A stretch of 64,000 nt of DNA from Rhynchopus sp. YZ270_cl-10 (lineage: Eukaryota), in NCBI GenBank assembly GCA_964035575.1, contig OZ037846.1, positions 1,426,001-1,490,000 on the forward strand, written 5' to 3'. Below the pieces are notes generated by a model. That model was not told the DNA's origin, did not search any database, and saw only the letters and a program-made list of their open reading frames with translations. Of the stretch, positions 54,382 through 64,000 are shown in pieces; the stretch's first letter is position 1; every line of letters starts with the position of its first letter. The position numbers were made by a program, and so were the translations under genes.

Positions 54382-56635
54382 CGGCAAACATGGTCAAAAT
54401 CAGGTGGAATATACATAAGTACATCATGGGGGGGTAGGGAACAGGTAGCGCCGCAGGCGCACGGTACCCAACTTTTTTCTTTTTTCTTTCCCCTTTTCTC
54501 TGCTTTCTTTTGATTGCGCGAGCCGATTGCTCTCCACGGTGGGGTCACATGTGTGTCCAAAAACTATCTGAAGTACACAATACACAGTACAGTACTGTGG
54601 GAAAAAAACCCATTGTATACCAAATTATAAAATGACACACCCCCCCTATATTGACAGGTCCTTGACATGTCCTTGACATGTCCTCGACAGGTGTACGGTA
54701 ACACCATCTTTGCATTCTTTTTGTTTCGTTAATGTACCGACCCTCCCCCGTGAAATTGTCCCCCCTGAGGGAAAAAGTGAGGGGGGGACAATATCTCGTA
54801 CTGTAGGGGGGTGGCCGTTTTGGTGTGAAGAAGGGAGAGCAAAGGTTGTCCCCGCGACTCCCTTGAAATTGTCCCCCCCCCTGCCTTGAAATTGTCCCTG
54901 GCGGCAAAAGGGTCGGTATATGAAATAACTTTATTTCGACTCATGCAAGTCAAATTTCCCTGCGACTTCCTCCCTTTCCCCTTTTGTAGACTCAACAGTG
55001 TAGTCGTTGCTATTGACTACCTTTACCTTTTGAGGACAAATCAAACCCACACACGGCACCCCAGTTCCCTCCACAAATAAAGCGGCACAAAGCTGTTCCA
55101 TGTGAACGGCACCGCCTTGCTTTACCGGAGGTTGTCCTCGGGACCTAAAGGGCTTAGTGTGGTTTTCTTGGGAAGACTGCCGTCACTTCGACTTTTTGTA
55201 TTATTTTTTTTTTTTGCCTGGCATCGTACAGTGGGTCAGAGGTGTGTCAGCAATAACTATTTCTTTCTTTTCTTTGAATAGAAAATGTTTTTTTTATTTT
55301 AATGTTCTTCCTCTCTCTTGTTTCACAGGTGTGTACTGTGTGGTTGGGTTGACTAATGTGAAAAAGACAACCGACGCAGGAGTCTTTTATTGGAAACTGT
55401 TTTTTTCTCCGCCAACACACAAAAACACTTGACAGAAAAAACTTTTTCACACAACGTTTTTTTGCTGCCTAACTCTCTGCTTTTTCATCTTTTTCAAAAA
55501 ATTCCAGATCAGGGTTTAATGTTCTTCCTCTCTTGTTGCACAGGGCGTACTGTGTGGTTGGGTTGACTAACACACACAAATCAGTTTGGCACTAGTTTGG
55601 CCAGGTCAGTGGGTCGACTGACTTGGCCAAACCCGGCCAGTACCCACTTCTCTCATTATACTAGGGGGACTGTTTGGCAAAAAATATCTAGTCCCTTACA
55701 AAATTCCCTGTTTTCACCCTCATTTTTGTGCTTCTCGCTTCTCTCACATCACCATCTGCACTTCAGGACTTTCCCTGTTCTTACCTTTTCTGTTTAGGCT
55801 ATTGTAATGATATCAGTTTTTTTTTTTAAATAAACCTCTCTTGTTTGTTTCCCGTTTTCCTGTGTAGGTGAAGATAGCTATTACCGTAGTATTTCTGCGG
55901 TTCCTCGTGTAAAAGAAAAAGCCCAAAATCCGGGGGGGAAACAAGCGTCTTTTTTTTTAGTTAACAGGTCGTTTGGCAAAATGCTCGAGACCCTCGTGAA
56001 AAAGTTGCCCGTCTGTGTACCCCTGCTTGTTTTTCCTCTCTTTTTTTTGTGCTGGAGAACTTTCTGTACTTCAGGCAAAACACATACCGTTTGTGAACAA
56101 GATAAAACAATAAACTCGCGTTTCTTTTGTATGGCCCATTGGGGGGTTTTTTTTTTGCTTCTTCGATAATTTTTTTTGTCAAAAATCTTTACTGTAATCA
56201 ACGTGGGGAAAAAAACAAAAATGTGGAAAAAAAGCGAACATAGTGTGGCTAACCCGCAAATTTCGACCCTTTTTCGCCATTCTTCGGCCAAGTCAAGTCT
56301 GCTTTTTCTGAGAAAGTTTCCGCCACCTTCCAAGCGTCGATTGACGACCCTGAACAGGGTTTTGCACATAGTTCCATTTTGCTCTGTGCATTGTTCAGTG
56401 ATATGACCCAGGGCATGTGCAAGGCTGTGTCCATGGCACAATACAGGCCACTTGTGCGCACAGTGAGTTTGAAAACTCACAGACCCAGACCGAGGACTTA
56501 TGAATGACCTTCTCCCGACTCATTGGCTCGCAGCAAGCGCCTTTGCAGACCCCTCCTACCCGCTTCCTTCTTTGCCACAGTGTCCGTGCTTGCAACCTCC
56601 CTCTCGCTCCACCCCCACAGGTAGGGGACAGGGTC

Positions 56636-59600
56636 ATGATATGGGTGTTGTGGGTGGTGCTGCTGCTGCTGCTGTGCGGGCCTGCGAATGGATGGGTGGC
56701 TGCAGCACACAAGGCAGGCGTGCGAGAAGGTGTCGTGCTCACTCAGTATACCCGTGTAGAAGTGGCGGGCGGCGCTTCAGGTTCGGTCAACTCGTTCACT
56801 ATATGGGCTCGCTCATACAACAACGCTTTCTGTGAGGTTGACACATTGGATGAACCGGACAGTTACGTGCCGTACCAGACTTCTGAATTATGTTCGTTTC
56901 CCTCGACCCAGGTGCAGTGCATACGGCTCACGTGTTCTACGTACGATGTAGATGATGGCTACGACATCGACGAGTTGTGGTTCTACTCAGCAACAGGATG
57001 GGAGGTGTGGCCCGTCGCAGGTGGGTCAGGCGGATCCAACTATTGTAGACTAGGCGACTATGCACCGGACATATGCGAGTTCTGCAGGGTAACGACGCCA
57101 GCTCCCCCAACACCTGCACCCCCAACACCTGCACCACCAACACCTGCACCACCAACACCTGCACCCCCAACACCTGCACCCCCAACACCTGCACCCCCAA
57201 CACCTGCACCACCAACACCTGCACCCCCAACACCTGCACCACCAACACCTGCACCACCAACACCTGCACCCCCAACACCTGCACCCCCAACACCTGCACC
57301 CCCAACACCTGCACCCCCAACACCTGCACCCCCAACACCTGCACCCCCAACACCTGCACCACCGACGCCTGCGCCACCAACACCATCCCCGCCAACACCT
57401 TCACCACCGACACCTGCACCACCAACACCATCCCCGCCAACGCCTTCACCACCAACACCAGCTCCCCCAACACCTTCACCACCGACACCTGCACCACCAA
57501 CACCATCCCCGCCAACGCCTTCACCACCGACACCAGCTCCACCAACACCTTCACCCCCGACGCCTGCGCCACCAACACCATCCCCGCCAACGCCTTCACC
57601 ACCGACACCAGCTCCACCAACACCATCCCCGCCAACGCCTTCACCACCGACACCAGCTCCCCCAACACCTTCACCACCGACGCCTGCGCCACCAACACCA
57701 TCCCCGCCAACGCCTTCACCACCGACACCAGCTCCACCAACACCTTCACCACCGACGCCTTCACCACCAACACCAGCTCCCCCAACACCTTCACCCCCAA
57801 CACCTGCACCACCGACACCAGCACCACCAACACCTGCACCACCAACACCATCCCCGCCAACACCTTCACCACCGACAAAAAGTCCACGTACACCTTCTCC
57901 TCCCACACGTGCGCCACGCACACCTTCGCCACCAACACCAGCTCCGCCAACACGTGCGCCACCTACAAAAGCACCGCCTACACGTTCTCCACCCACACGT
58001 GCACCACGTACACCTTCACCCCCAACACCTTCGCCACCGACAAAAGCTCCACCGACACCTTCTCCTCCCACCCGTGCACCAGCAACACCTTCACCACCAA
58101 CACCAGCTCCACCTACACCTTCACCCCAAACACCGCCACCACAGACAAAAGCACCGTCTACACGTTCTCCACCCACACGTGCGCCACGTACACCTTCACC
58201 GCCAACACCTTTACCACTCACACCAGTACCACCGACACCTTCTCCACCTACTCGTGCGCCACGTACACCCTCTCCGCCTACACCTGCACCACTGACACCC
58301 TCACCCGTGACAGCATCCCCAGCAACGTTGTCACCGCTCACACCAGCTCCCCTCACAACAGCACCATTGACGCCTTCTCCTCCGACGCCGTCACCACTGA
58401 CACTGGCACCACCAACTCCAGCGCCGCTTTCACCAGCACCACTCACACCTATGCCTGCAACGTTGTCTCCGACATTGGCGCCGTTGACTCTGTCACCCCT
58501 GACACTGTCTCCACCTACAGCTTCACCGCCATCACCTGCACCTATGTCACCATCACCGTTGACGGAAGCGCCACCGACACTGTCGCCATTGACACCTGTG
58601 CCACATACGCTTGCACCACCCACAGCACTGCCAGCAACACTGTCGCCACGCACACCTGCACCACACACAGAAGTGCCTGGAACACAAGCACCACTCGTGA
58701 CAGAGTTGCCCGCGTCTGCAGCACCTGAGGGTGTAGACGCAGCAGCAGAAGCAGCAGCAGCGGAAGAAGAAGGTGGCAGAGGTCAGCTTGCTGCAGCCGC
58801 AGTGGCGGCTAGTGCGACAACTCTGTTTAGCGACCGCGCCGCAGGCCTTGCAGGCAGCCTGCTCATCACAACGGAGGAGTGCAAGATCTACGGAGACACG
58901 AAACACTACCCACGCGCACTGCACCCAACACAGCTCAAGATTGCCGGCCTGGAGGCGGCCGGGATGGTGGTGGGGAACCTTGCCCTGGCTCTAACCTTCT
59001 TCGCGGGACACGCAGTGGTGTGTGAGGTTGCGCGTCTGGTGCAGCGTGGTGCCAAGACGTATTACAAAGGACGAGAGGAGCAGTCTGTCCTTTCCCTGCT
59101 TTCCCTTGACTCGCAGGCACTCCTGAGCTTCCCTGGACTGCCGGCCATGCTCTTCTTTATCCTCTTCCAGGGGTCGTCTGTCGGAAGCCTGCAGCTGCTG
59201 TACAGCGGACCCACCTGGGGCATGCGCATGCTCGGCGCCTTCGCAATCGTAGTGTGTCTGTCGGTGCCGGTGGCAACCTTCACCTGTGTTCTGGTGAAGG
59301 CACCCGTGCACTCGACAGTGGTGAAGGACCCCCGCACTGCAGGCTTCGGGAAGTGGAAGCGCCGTGTGCTGCACTTTGTGATTGGCGAAGGCGAGTGGGT
59401 GTCCCTCTCGCCTGTGATGTGGACGCTGCGCTACTCGGCCGTGATCCGCTCCTACCGCCTTGGCTGCCTCTGGTACCACTTCCTGCAGTACGCATCGATG
59501 TTCGCTGTCGCTGCGATCCAGGCCTTCACCCCCACAAGCTACATCGCGTGTGGACACATCAAACTCGCGTCCTTCTGCGTCATCTTCATTATGCTTGTTG

Positions 59601-60430
59601 TGCTGGTCGAGGCGAAGCCGTACGCGCGGAGACGTGACTTGATCATTGACGGCACGGTCATGACGTTCCAGTGCGTGGCGCTGATCTTCATGGCTGTGGG
59701 GTACTACAGGGAGAAGCCGCAGGACCTGCTGTTCCAAGGTGCAACGGTGCTGTTGGTCCTGGGCATTGTGTGCATCTTGGTGAAGCTGTTTCTGTCTCTT
59801 GTGTCTGAACTCTATGTGTTCTGCACAGACAGACGTGAACGACTGCAGGACTCAATCCCGGACACGAAGTGCGACGACAGCGACCTGGAGAGCCTTGTTG
59901 TGTCCGAGTATGAGAGGTCTGGGCAGAAGAACGTACCTTGTAAGCAGGAGCAGGAGGCTTGCGACACAGCGAAGAAGGGCCGCAGATCACGTGCACCCTC
60001 GGCCATGCTGTCGGACACACTGCTGCAGAGGGACGACGACAGCAGCTATGCGACATCTGACGCAGGGTCGAACTGTGGTCTGAACGTGACGATCGAACGC
60101 ATCGAGAGCAACCAGGAGGAGGAGAACACACCGTCACCAGCGATGCTTCCGCTGTCACGCACACGTACAGGCAGCACACGGAGCCTCGCACCACCGCGCC
60201 CACCCCTGCCCCTGGGAGCTGTTAGTCCTGTGAGCATCGCGCTTGCACCGTCAGGAAGCATGAAACGTCGCCCCAGCCAGACACGGTCCTTCTCACGCAC
60301 GCAGACGATGGTCGGCAGTGTCGGCAGTGCGGGTAGTGGGCGGGGGACACGTCGCAGGACATCAGTTGTGTCGCTTGACGCAATGAGCCGCGCATCCTCA
60401 GAGGGGAACTTTGAGTGGGCGCTGGCCTAG
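56636..60430 (+). CDS. Surface protein: signal peptide, Cys-rich head, long PPTP(A/S) extensin/mucin-like stalk, ~7-8 TM domain, Ser/Arg-rich tail
   Basis: [19 protein letters not shown] signal after a CCCCCACAG acceptor at 56620; 15-bp repeats from ~57090; TM block with [20 protein letters not shown] and KPYARRRD motifs. Confidence 0.85.
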   Translation: MIWVLWVVLLLLLCGPANGWVAAAHKAGVREGVVLTQYTRVEVAGGASGSVNSFTIWARSYNNAFCEVDTLDEPDSYVPYQTSELCSFPSTQVQCIRLTCSTYDVDDGYDIDELWFYSATGWEVWPVAGGSGGSNYCRLGDYAPDICEFCRVTTPAPPTPAPPTPAPPTPAPPTPAPPTPAPPTPAPPTPAPPTPAPPTPAPPTPAPPTPAPPTPAPPTPAPPTPAPPTPAPPTPAPPTPAPPTPAPPTPSPPTPSPPTPAPPTPSPPTPSPPTPAPPTPSPPTPAPPTPSPPTPSPPTPAPPTPSPPTPAPPTPSPPTPSPPTPAPPTPSPPTPSPPTPAPPTPSPPTPAPPTPSPPTPSPPTPAPPTPSPPTPSPPTPAPPTPSPPTPAPPTPAPPTPAPPTPSPPTPSPPTKSPRTPSPPTRAPRTPSPPTPAPPTRAPPTKAPPTRSPPTRAPRTPSPPTPSPPTKAPPTPSPPTRAPATPSPPTPAPPTPSPQTPPPQTKAPSTRSPPTRAPRTPSPPTPLPLTPVPPTPSPPTRAPRTPSPPTPAPLTPSPVTASPATLSPLTPAPLTTAPLTPSPPTPSPLTLAPPTPAPLSPAPLTPMPATLSPTLAPLTLSPLTLSPPTASPPSPAPMSPSPLTEAPPTLSPLTPVPHTLAPPTALPATLSPRTPAPHTEVPGTQAPLVTELPASAAPEGVDAAAEAAAAEEEGGRGQLAAAAVAASATTLFSDRAAGLAGSLLITTEECKIYGDTKHYPRALHPTQLKIAGLEAAGMVVGNLALALTFFAGHAVVCEVARLVQRGAKTYYKGREEQSVLSLLSLDSQALLSFPGLPAMLFFILFQGSSVGSLQLLYSGPTWGMRMLGAFAIVVCLSVPVATFTCVLVKAPVHSTVVKDPRTAGFGKWKRRVLHFVIGEGEWVSLSPVMWTLRYSAVIRSYRLGCLWYHFLQYASMFAVAAIQAFTPTSYIACGHIKLASFCVIFIMLVVLVEAKPYARRRDLIIDGTVMTFQCVALIFMAVGYYREKPQDLLFQGATVLLVLGIVCILVKLFLSLVSELYVFCTDRRERLQDSIPDTKCDDSDLESLVVSEYERSGQKNVPCKQEQEACDTAKKGRRSRAPSAMLSDTLLQRDDDSSYATSDAGSNCGLNVTIERIESNQEEENTPSPAMLPLSRTRTGSTRSLAPPRPPLPLGAVSPVSIALAPSGSMKRRPSQTRSFSRTQTMVGSVGSAGSGRGTRRRTSVVSLDAMSRASSEGNFEWALA
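57091..58640 (+). repeat. Coding 15-bp tandem repeat (CCAACACCTGCACCM) degenerating 3'-ward
   Basis: Encodes PPTPA, then [10 protein letters not shown] and PLTLS variants. Confidence 0.95.
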
Positions 60431-60467
60431 GGTTGGGGTCAACTGGGGAAAGGTCTGTGTTCTGTGC

Positions 60468-60624
60468 ACTCGGTACTCGGTACTCGGTACTCGGTACTCG
60501 GTACTCGGTACTCGGTACTCGGTACTCGGTACTCGGTACTCGGTACTCGGTACTCGGTACTCGGTACTCGGTACTCGGTACTCGGTACTCGGTACTCGGT
60601 ACTCGGTACTCGGTACTCGGTACT
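60468..60624. repeat. (ACTCGGT)n 7-bp microsatellite
   Basis: About 22 perfect units just 3' of the stop codon at 60430. Confidence 0.95.
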
Positions 60625-60686
60625 GGGACCTATCCGCAAGGTAATAGAGGTGGACCACCTACAATCAAAAAACAGGCACCTACCTC

Positions 60687-61042
60687 CAGGGCTCTCAAGA
60701 TCCTCCACGAAAAAAGCAGAATTTTCGAAATGAGGAGGATTCGTTTTTGCAAAAAAAACCCCCCAAAAAAAAATTTTCCCCCGCAACAAGCGGTCGTCGC
60801 GCGCTTCGCGCGCGCCTCCCTGACAGCCACAGAGCGGAGAGGCGGGTCAATTTTGCGAGATAACAAAAAACGGAAATCTCCCCCCACTATAAAACCCCTA
60901 GGAGGATAATCCTCCACCCGAGCCCGCCAAACAAAAAAAAAAAAAAATGGAGGAAATCCTCCACCAAAAAAGCCTGAAAAAAAAAAAAAAAAAAGCCCCT
61001 GGAGGAAATATCCTCCCCTACGTGGAGATCTTGAGAGCACTG
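60687..61042. mobile_element. Non-autonomous hAT-like element, 8-bp TSD
   Basis: TIR CAGGGCTCTCAAGATC/GATCTTGAGAGCACTG; TSD CCTACCTC at 60679-60686 and 61043-61050. Confidence 0.85.
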
Positions 61043-61971
61043 CCTACCTCCCAATACCCCAATGCGGTTCAAATCAGGTGGATACGGTCGGGTTTGTTAT
61101 TCATTTTTTTTACTACGTTTTTTGTGTTTGGAACGAATACACAAAAGCTACACTGTCTTCTCTCCCTGCACAAAACTTCCTAATCTAAGCAATCCGTCTG
61201 GCGAATTCTGGCAACAAAAAGACATTCGTCATGTCGGTTCTTTGTATTTTCTTTGTTTTTTTTTATACGTTTTGGCTACCTGTGTTTTCTGTAGTTTTGG
61301 CCCTGGTGGGTTGGCTAGTAGTCCCCTGTCCGACCTCCACTTCAGGAGTCATCTGTCTCTCTTACTGTTGTCGTGATGGAGTGCTTTATGTTGTGACGAG
61401 TGGCTTCTCGTTTCAAAAGGTGACAACAACAGCGCCTTGCTTAAAAGTTGTAAAACTTTCGCATGACCTGCAACCCTTTCTTTACTTAGATGAGTGTACA
61501 CAGCACAGTTCAGTGTTGTGTCCTGCAGGATGTGTCGCGCGACACACAATTTTTCTTACACTTTTTCAAACTCAACCCACCCGCAAAAGCTTACGGGTTC
61601 AGTAGGTTCACGTTTCCCCTCTCTCTCTCTCTCTCTCTCTTGTTTTCCACGCTATTATCATTAACACCGCCACTCCACTCCCCAGCTCTACAGCAGGGAT
61701 CCCATCCCTCGTAGTCTTGAGAGTGTTCATAGAGAATGTTCCAATTTCTGTACGGAACACTCGAACGCCATTGTATGAGCAACAGCCGAGCTGCGTTTTT
61801 CTAGTATGTTTTCAACTAAAGGGCGGGGGGGTCCCAAATAATAGCTATTTTTGCCGAATAACCCTTTTTTTTTCCCCCCTCACCACCACTCTGTCATTAG
61901 TCACCCATAATAGCCTAACGTGGCTGCTATGTGGTCAGACCTTTAATAGTTGTCTGTTTCGTTTCTGTCAG

Positions 61972-62326
61972 TTTTCAACCTACCTTCCTTCACCCCCCCT
62001 GTAAGGGCAACCGTAGGTGAAGTAAGGTATAGTATTGAAATCGATGTGGGGGGGGAGTAAAGGGTCAATTTTACAAAACCAGATTTTGAGGAAAATTTTA
62101 GCCGAAAATGGGCCCCACGTATAAGCAACCGGGCTCATATTTCTCAAAATTTAAGTGGTCAAAAAATTGTCCAATTTTCGAGATTGACCCCACCACTGCA
62201 CGGGTGAATCCCAAAAATGCAAATAAGGACCCTTTTTAATTTGTTCTCTTGAAATGTGTAATTTCATGTTTTCGCGAAAAAAATAACAAATGATCCCTAC
62301 AAGGGTTGAAGGAAGGTGGTTGAAAA
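61972..62326. mobile_element. TIR element of the family found upstream of the Ubl-LRR genes (inverted)
   Basis: TTTTCAACC(T)ACCTTCCTTCA ... TGAAGGAAGGTGGTTGAAAA termini. The interior is the reverse complement of 29900-30050 and 1290-1362. Confidence 0.75.
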
Positions 62327-62344
62327 CAACAATAACAACAAGGA

Positions 62345-62770
62345 CAAGTAATTGCTAAGAAAAAACGGGGTGTGCTGTGGAAAACTCCGCGCAATTTTCG
62401 AAACCACCGTAGCATCCTGGCGATTTGCTGGAGGTGCTGATGCGCCTGGTGTGATCGATGTGTTGTAGTCTGTGCATTCTGTGTTTCTTCCGCACTGCTC
62501 CAACGACGACGACAATGTGGGGACCCTGTGGACAAAAACGAGCTGGAACACGCCGAGCCTGCCGAGCCTCGAGCAGATGGTGCTGGACGAAGAGGACAGC
62601 CCCCCTTCTTGAACGTTTCAGATACTGGCGTCCCAGTGTGTCTGGCAGCGTACGAAGAGCGTTAGCATACCTACAGAAGAGCAGAATGCTGGGCGTGTTG
62701 TAGATTATTTCTACAGGATGGAGTTCCACATCACACCCCGTTTTTTTTTCCGATAGCAATTACTTGTTTT
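62345..62770. repeat. Inverted-terminus repeat shared with 10610-10890
   Basis: GACCCTGTGGACAAAAACGAGCTGGAACACGCCGAGCCTGCCGAGCCT...CGATAGCAATTACTTG occurs in both places. 62345-62390 is the inverse of 62720-62767. Confidence 0.7.
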
Positions 62771-62792
62771 TTATTGGTTTTTGGTTTTATAG

Positions 62793-63513
62793 CAGGGCAG
62801 GAGCTTGGAATATGGGTTTGGGGCAAAATCGGGTCAAATTCTGTTAAATCGGGTCAGGTCCCGAGCTTTTCCGCCTTCGGCGGAAAAGCTCTTGTGAAGA
62901 CAAACACATGCAGAATGAGAAGGCGCGTTTCACAAAATGGTACACGTTGATGATACACAAGTGTTGCACCATCCCCGCGGAATGCATGTTGCCCTTGACA
63001 CTGGCGATGAGGTCATCAAGGTAGGGTTGTGCAATGGAGGTGTGGAATGTGTGCGTAGGCCCTCGCCAGTTCAGGTACTCTCTCTGGGCAGGTGTCCCCT
63101 TCGATCACACGTCGGAGGGCGTATCCTAGGCAAGACTTGTCACTGTCTGAGCCCCTCTTTGGTGTGTCACCCAGCGAGTTGATCCAATATCTGGATCGTC
63201 AGCTCGCGCCAGTAACCAACGGCTAGGTCGAGTTGGGCATCCCTCTTGGGTTCGGGTTTGATCGGGGTGGAGCGCGCGTTTGAGGGCATTCTGGCTTCTT
63301 TGAGCTTCGTGCTCGTCGCGATGGGGTTACATAGCAGTTCCTCATCCTTCTCAGACCCCCTCATCGACAAGTAGAGTACCCTACATTTTTTGATTTTTTC
63401 CCTCAAAAATCTATAGTTTTTTTTTTTTTTTTTTGCCCTGACCCGTTTTTTTCCATGGGGCCTAAGGAAATCGGGTCAATCTGACCCGATTTAACCCCCA
63501 AGCTCCTCCCCTG
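62793..63513. mobile_element. Non-autonomous hAT-like element, 8-bp TSD, with an internal coding-like fragment
   Basis: TIR CAGGGCAGGAGCTTGG/CCAAGCTCCTCCCCTG; TSD TTTTATAG at 62785-62792 and 63514-63521; AAATCGGGTCA subterminal repeats. Confidence 0.85.
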
Positions 63514-64000
63514 TTTTATAGTTTGTCTGTGACTTTGCGCGCGGGGCTGAAGCTCGTCTCACAAACGTTTCTTTGTTCAGTACCCTCCGCCATGAGGCGT
63601 GTTAGTGTATTCATCGTTCAAGTTGTCTTCTCGATTTATGCTATGCGAAGTTTTGCAATTTACACATTTGGGCGATGAATCGCTCTTAGAGGGGGGGTAC
63701 CCATATCTGCTTTCATCACCTATACATCACATACACGAAGTGACCCCGGTTCTTAACCGGAACACTGTACACGATTTTATTTTTTATTTTTTTCACACTC
63801 TGTCTCTTCTCTCTCACTTTCATCCAAGAAGACCCTCCCTCTCTTGCTCTCCGTTTACCCTTTAGCGTAGTAGCTTGCTTTGATCACACTCAGCCCCATA
63901 CCCATGCTTGCCTAATGTCCACATGCTCCTGTTGCGACACTGCGGTACCAATCCTTTGCACGCGGCATGATAGGATGTTAGGCTACATAGTTTCCCCTCC

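Noticed and set aside
56937..58728. Long GAGVG, VQVL and TPNTC ORFs
   Set aside because: Alternative frames of the 15-bp Pro/Thr repeat.
63000..63030. YLDD as a reverse-transcriptase active site
   Set aside because: No other RT motifs are in frame; insufficient on its own.

Overview
Eukaryotic nuclear DNA, most likely a euglenozoan and probably a diplonemid. This is inferred from an 18S rDNA fragment with the CACCCGCGGTAA variant, kinetoplastid-type receptor adenylate cyclases and GT-AG introns. All well-supported genes lie on the + strand, in AT-rich intergenic DNA crowded with non-autonomous DNA transposons (TA-TSD and 8-bp-TSD types), microsatellites and dispersed repeats. Genes: three paralogous ubiquitin-like (Ubl) + BspA-type LRR proteins with variable repeat number and hypervariable repeat positions; an O-fucosyltransferase-like glycosyltransferase; an RD-rich/3xKH/degenerate nucleotidyltransferase protein, plus a deleted duplicate running in frame into an OTU protease domain; a glutaredoxin-DUF4395-SLAC1/TehA-hemerythrin fusion; a 3-exon centrin-like EF-hand protein; two related membrane nucleotidyl cyclases (one active-looking, one pseudo-cyclase); a 3-exon PH/PDZ protein; a Ubl-beta-propeller protein; an EGF-like-repeat type I membrane protein; and a Pro/Thr-repeat multi-pass membrane protein. 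Best novelty candidates are the diversifying Ubl-LRR family (with Ubl-propeller and OTU neighbours) and the putative redox/O2-sensing anion-channel fusion. Domain calls are motif recognition by eye; no database search was run.
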